This document shows positions 45,784-50,070 of a DNA stretch of 50,070 nucleotides, one piece after another. Source of the stretch: Candidatus Saccharimonadia bacterium (GTDB taxonomy: Bacteria > Patescibacteriota > Saccharimonadia > UBA4664 > SCTI01); assembly GCA_046597065.1 (NCBI GenBank), contig JBKJLI010000002.1, positions 1-50,070 on the forward strand. Reading direction: 5' to 3'. Below the pieces are notes generated by a model that did not search any database, had not been told where the DNA came from, and saw only the letters and a list, made by a program, of their open reading frames with translations. Both the position numbers and the translations under genes were made by a program. How positions within the stretch are numbered: the stretch's first letter is position 1; the number at the start of each line of letters is the position of its first letter.

Positions 45784-47076
45784 ATGTTAGCGAGAAATCG
45801 CAGAAGCCTACTACAAGCATCAGTCTTATTAATATTAGCGATAATTTCAGGCATTTATATTTATACTCGAGGTCATGCGGCGGGGTGTACAGTTACGTTA
45901 AGTCCTGGTGTAAATGTGGGCGCGGCTTTTAACTCACCATCATTAACCGCCGGACAAACCCTATGCCTTCATACCGGCAATTACGGTGGGCCAACATCTG
46001 CGATCGCGCTAACTAATGGTGGCACATCGGGCAGCCCGATTACCTTAACGACGGTACCGGGCGAGGCACCTGCAACCATTGAGGGTGGATTTACAGTTGG
46101 CAATAATAGTACTTCTGGGCTGCGAAACAATATTACCGTTAGCCATATTAACTTTAAGTTAAATCTAACCGACAACAATAGAGTCAATGCACAATACGGC
46201 TGTAGCTCAACCAGAGTGCTGGGGGTTACATTAACCGGCAGTAATATCATTTTTGAATATAATGATGTGTCTGAGGCAAGCGTATCTCCAGCATTTCGTG
46301 ATACCCCATTGGGTGCAAATTTTACGGGCGTTAGAAGTAGCAACGTAATTATCCGTAATAATAAAATTCACGATTTTGGCGCTTGCGACCACTTTGATCA
46401 TGGAATTTACTTTGACTATGTCGATAATGGGCAGATTTATGGTAACTGGATTTGGAATGGTGGTTGTGCGTATGGTTTAGGAGGCGACCCAACAAAGGGT
46501 TGTGGAGCCGGCATTCAGCTATATAGTGATCCAATTGGCACCCAAGTTTATGGCAACGTTATTGATGGCGCCGGTATTGGTATGTATTTATCTAAAAACC
46601 ACAATAATGTTTATAACAATGTCATCATGAACATCAAAGGAATGTACCGTACGGACGGCGTTTTTGAATCGCCTTACACCTATTCTGGCTACGCCGGTGA
46701 CGCGACTAATACGTTTGTTAATAATAACTATTTTAATGCCGGTCCGCTTTGCAGTGATTGTAGCGCCACGTCTACGGTAGGTGGACAGCAGAGCAACATT
46801 TCTTCTAACCCCATGTTTACCGATCCCGCAGCTCATAATTACACACTTAAAGTCGGGTCCCCCATCACGGCTTATTCTGGCATGTGGAATGGTGATTTAA
46901 GCAATGGAGTCGTTGCGAAGGTGGGGGACATCAACGGCGACAATGTAGTTAATATTCTTGATTTAAGCATTTTACTTTCGGCATGGAACACAAATAACTC
47001 AAGTTCAGACCTAAACAAAGACGGGTCGGTAGGTATTTTTGATCTATCCATCCTACTTAGTCATTATGGAAACTAG
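45784..47076 (+). CDS. Secreted right-handed beta-helix protein with C-terminal dockerin-like domain
   Basis: RGHAA signal, TLCLHTGNY, IIRNNKIHD, DHGIY, NPMFTD...NYTL..GSP, duplicated dockerin repeat. Confidence 0.85.
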   Translation: MLARNRRSLLQASVLLILAIISGIYIYTRGHAAGCTVTLSPGVNVGAAFNSPSLTAGQTLCLHTGNYGGPTSAIALTNGGTSGSPITLTTVPGEAPATIEGGFTVGNNSTSGLRNNITVSHINFKLNLTDNNRVNAQYGCSSTRVLGVTLTGSNIIFEYNDVSEASVSPAFRDTPLGANFTGVRSSNVIIRNNKIHDFGACDHFDHGIYFDYVDNGQIYGNWIWNGGCAYGLGGDPTKGCGAGIQLYSDPIGTQVYGNVIDGAGIGMYLSKNHNNVYNNVIMNIKGMYRTDGVFESPYTYSGYAGDATNTFVNNNYFNAGPLCSDCSATSTVGGQQSNISSNPMFTDPAAHNYTLKVGSPITAYSGMWNGDLSNGVVAKVGDINGDNVVNILDLSILLSAWNTNNSSSDLNKDGSVGIFDLSILLSHYGN

Positions 47077-47077
47077 T

Positions 47078-47590
47078 TTATGTTTTAGCTGTCTTGTCTG
47101 TTGGTTTAGATTTAATCTCATTTACTAATTTTGATGCCAAAGTCTCTGATGTGGTTTCATAATTACCGCTTTCAAGAATAATTTTAAGCGAATTTAGATC
47201 CGATTTATATCTATTCTCGCTTATTGATTGCAGGGCGGGCTGGGCCACCGAAAAAACTCCTCGGGTATTGATATGATTATCTATCCTTAAATTGCATCCA
47301 GTTTTAGTTGGAATGATTGTATAAGTTGCATCGAAGGTTATTGGACCGCGATGGCTAACCGCGCTAAAGCTGCTATGCCCATCATTCTTGACGATCACTG
47401 CAGAAAGGTCAAAAGACCGTCCTAGCCCAGCGGCATGAAAATAAATCGTGCTGCCTGGGTTAAATCCATCTGTTGCGGTAAGTTCACTAACACCAGCCTG
47501 CCATAAAGGGTAATTATCTAGCTTCATGAGGAAGCCAAAAACGTCTTCCTTTGAGACTAGTAGATCAATTGAGTGAGATGCGACAACCAT
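47078..47590 (-). CDS. SRPBCC/polyketide-cyclase-like protein
   Basis: E.VF.FL....NYP.W, GP, DL..LK.ILES. Confidence 0.75.
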   Translation of the reverse strand: MVVASHSIDLLVSKEDVFGFLMKLDNYPLWQAGVSELTATDGFNPGSTIYFHAAGLGRSFDLSAVIVKNDGHSSFSAVSHRGPITFDATYTIIPTKTGCNLRIDNHINTRGVFSVAQPALQSISENRYKSDLNSLKIILESGNYETTSETLASKLVNEIKSKPTDKTAKT

Positions 47591-47593
47591 AAA

Positions 47594-47740
47594 CTATACG
47601 CGGTTACGGCGTGTAACCATATCATAGATAAACACTATAGCCGCTATAACCAGTAAAATGTGAATAAAAGATCCACCAACTTGGCCCATAAATCCTAACA
47701 ACCAAAGAACTAATAGTACTCCTAGAATTGTATACAACAT
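47594..47740 (-). CDS. 48-aa lmo0937-family (DUF5670-like) membrane peptide (not in ORF track)
   Basis: MLYTILGVLLVLWLLGFMGQVGGSFIHILLVIAAIVFIYDMVTRRNRV; AGGAG upstream. Confidence 0.85.
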   Translation of the reverse strand: MLYTILGVLLVLWLLGFMGQVGGSFIHILLVIAAIVFIYDMVTRRNRV

Positions 47741-48020
47741 AGCGTTTTCTCCTATATAAGTATTAATTGCTTTTATTTTAGCTCTAAGTTATTTCACAGT
47801 AATTGTGCATTCTTATAAAAATGCTAATTAATTCTACAAAAAATTCAAAAAACTGAACCTCTATCAAAACCATTTTTGGTATTTGGAAAGCTAGGTTTAA
47901 TCATATGATCGCGAGAGTTGACAAAACACACAAAATATAGTATAAAATTATCTATTCAATCTGTAATTCACAGTTGAAGTGCAGTTCCCAGCAAACTCTA
48001 CCTGAAAGATTGGGACATAC

Positions 48021-48407
48021 ATGAATGAAAAGCTTCACAGCCTAGTGATCAACTTCATCAGGTGGATCAACGGAGCAATCGGGGTGCCTGTCATCATGAT
48101 CTTGGTCATGGTGTTCGGGTCCATCCTGAACGAAGCGACGGGCCTTGGTTCAACTCTCGGGCATGCCGCTGGAAGCCCGGTTGCTGATGAGCCCTGGCAA
48201 TGGAGCATCGTGCTGGTCATGTTCGGCTACCAGTTCGTGCTGCTGCTCTTGCTGCTCGCAGTTGCCCACTACTACCAGGCAGCCGGAACTCGCCGATTCC
48301 GTTCGGCAATAAAGGCCGGTCAGTCGGGTTCGCTCGATTACGGCCTTGGCTACTACAGCTACAGTGTCGCCGGCGACCTTCGCGTTTCTAGCCGATTCGC
48401 GCCATAA
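48021..48407 (+). CDS. GC-rich two-TM hypothetical protein
   Basis: Promoter TTGACA-17-TATAAA (47918-47946); downstream hairpin 48414-48470. Confidence 0.65.
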   Translation: MNEKLHSLVINFIRWINGAIGVPVIMILVMVFGSILNEATGLGSTLGHAAGSPVADEPWQWSIVLVMFGYQFVLLLLLLAVAHYYQAAGTRRFRSAIKAGQSGSLDYGLGYYSYSVAGDLRVSSRFAP

Positions 48408-48413
48408 GTCACA

Positions 48414-48470
48414 CACCCATCCGGAGCCTCTGATTCGCGCACATAGCGCAATCATGCTCTCGGGTGGGTG
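48414..48470 (+). terminator. Long imperfect 3' hairpin
   Basis: CACCCATCCG..GAGC..TGATT..GCGC / GCGC..AATCA..GCTC..CGGGTGGGTG. Confidence 0.6.
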
Positions 48471-48670
48471 CAAATTTCATAATCTATTAATTATATTTCA
48501 AAATATACACCAGCTCATTGCCAATCGCATGGCAAGGGCACCGAACATTTAATCAGCCCTGTTTTTTGTCTCACTTCGGGGATAAATCGTTTCGCAAATA
48601 TTGATATAATTTGCAGCGTTAACTTACATAGCTGAATAGGTTAAAGTATAAGCATTAGGGTAATAACTTC

Positions 48671-50070
48671 TTGAGTTTAGTAAAAACCAGATTAAAAATT
48701 AACTGGTTGCAATTAGCAACACTGCTACTACTAGCCGTCTTGGTTGGATTATACCTAATCTTTCGAGGGCATGCCGCAAGCGCAACCTGTACTCAAACTT
48801 TAGCGGCTGGTTCATCGGCAATGACAATCCAAAATGCTGTAAATACCGCAGCAGGTGGTAGTGTAATCTGTCTACCAGCAGGTACATACCCAGCTTTATC
48901 ATTTACAGGCTCTAACAATCGCACAGATTACGCAACTCTGCAGGCTTCGCCCGGCGCATCGGTTATAACAGGTGAAATTAGCGTAAATACTGGAGCTTAT
49001 TTCTCCTTTGACGGCTTTATTCTGCCCGGTGTGCATATTTACGGCACTAGTAATGGTGGAGTCAGCCATCACATAAAGGTTTTGAATAATACCACCAACA
49101 GCGACAATGTTTATGTTGCAGAGGGCGATCATGATGTGTTGATCGAGGGTAACACCATCATTGGGCACAATAGTATGGGCGTAACAGCAAGCACCTCAAG
49201 CTCAAACCCGCTGATATATAACATAACCATCAGGGGCAACACCTTTAAGGGAAACGTTGGTGGCGGTTCATACTCCGAGGACGGAATACGTTTAGGCTGG
49301 TTTGACAATGTACTAATCGAAAACAATGACTTAAGCGGCGTCAACCAAGTTACCACTGACCCCGCTGGCAATCACAATGATGTTCTCCAGGCAGTATGGG
49401 GAGGAAGTAATCTTACTTTTAGAAATAATTATTTGCACAATAACAGCGGACAAGGATTTTTCCTTAAGGATCCACTTGGCAACAATCCCAAATGTGCCAC
49501 TCCCGCAAACCCTAACGGCAATCAATACTGTAACGTCTATTTCGAAAACAATCTGATTGTGCATAGTACTGTTCAAGATGCGGAAGCAGCACCTGGTTTT
49601 ACGCAAAACCAGTTCCAGGTTTTTGATACCCATAATATCTACATATTTAATAACACCATTTGGGATAACGAAGCTAACTTCATCCTTCGATACGGAGTTT
49701 CCGGAGTAGTCATGAAGAACAATATTATTCAGACTGTTCAAACTTATGATACTTGGGATTTTGCGGGCAATGTAACCAGTGACTACAACTTGTCTCAAAA
49801 TTGGAATGGATCATTTAACACCGGCACCCATGACCTTACGGCTTCGCCGACTTGGGTCAATCCTAATAACGCTACCGAACACGCAACTCCTGCTAACTGG
49901 AACTATCGTTTAGCAGCCGGCAGTAAAGGTATCGACGTAGGCACTAACTCCAGCGGCATAAATGGCTATGCAGTTCCAGCATTGGACAAAGAAGGCAAGA
50001 CACGCATCGACATAGCCAACATAGCTAATGGGGCGAGCGGCTTCTATGACATGGGAGCATTTGAATATGG
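48671..50070 (+). CDS. Secreted right-handed beta-helix protein, 3'-truncated by the window (not in ORF track)
   Basis: Frame from TTG 48671 reads MSLVKTRL..IFRGHAA..IQNAVNTAAGGSVICLPAGTY and ends in the same frame with FYDMGAFEY at the window edge. Confidence 0.85.
   Translation, partial: MSLVKTRLKINWLQLATLLLLAVLVGLYLIFRGHAASATCTQTLAAGSSAMTIQNAVNTAAGGSVICLPAGTYPALSFTGSNNRTDYATLQASPGASVITGEISVNTGAYFSFDGFILPGVHIYGTSNGGVSHHIKVLNNTTNSDNVYVAEGDHDVLIEGNTIIGHNSMGVTASTSSSNPLIYNITIRGNTFKGNVGGGSYSEDGIRLGWFDNVLIENNDLSGVNQVTTDPAGNHNDVLQAVWGGSNLTFRNNYLHNNSGQGFFLKDPLGNNPKCATPANPNGNQYCNVYFENNLIVHSTVQDAEAAPGFTQNQFQVFDTHNIYIFNNTIWDNEANFILRYGVSGVVMKNNIIQTVQTYDTWDFAGNVTSDYNLSQNWNGSFNTGTHDLTASPTWVNPNNATEHATPANWNYRLAAGSKGIDVGTNSSGINGYAVPALDKEGKTRIDIANIANGASGFYDMGAFEY

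Noticed and set aside
1406-49798. Numerous 60-190-aa ORFs antisense to or out of frame with called genes (e.g. 1769-2068, 10856-11431, 34001-34399, 48699-49798)
   Set aside because: They are shadow ORFs of well-supported genes. Those at 48.7-49.8 kb are antisense to the unlisted 48671 gene.
1-50070. CRISPR array, IS element, prophage or rRNA
   Set aside because: No regularly spaced repeats, transposase, integrase, capsid/terminase or rRNA sequence was seen.
1-50070. Alternative genetic code (TGA=Gly)
   Set aside because: Long conserved genes are intact under code 11 and TGA ends genes at sensible points (5748, 20839, 36388).

Overview
This looks like a chromosomal region of a Patescibacteria (CPR) bacterium, most likely Saccharimonadia-like, using genetic code 11. 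The taxon is inferred from gene content only. Left part: type IV pilus genes (partial pilin, pilC, pilB), a lamin-tail-domain surface protein, tsaE-tsaB-rny-ymdB-HU, seven tRNAs in two clusters with accessory genes downstream, an OmpR-type two-component pair and an ABC permease/ATPase plus GH13 operon. Right part: a cell-surface cluster (output-less Cache proteins, two WxL/pilin-like paralogs, three DUF916-like anchored paralogs, a 1299-aa tail-fibre-like adhesin), a signalling locus (methyltransferase, Zn-ribbon GNAT, an SCO2522-like enzyme coupled to a 7TM histidine kinase, two lone receivers) and beta-helix proteins, two with dockerins. Best leads: (1) two promoter-driven, highly structured ~380-430 nt candidate ncRNAs at ~12.8-13.2 kb and ~22.9-23.3 kb, sharing one architecture and matching no RNA class I recognise; (2) a candidate signal-synthase/receptor system at 35.4-40.9 kb. 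All family calls are by eye and unverified by search.
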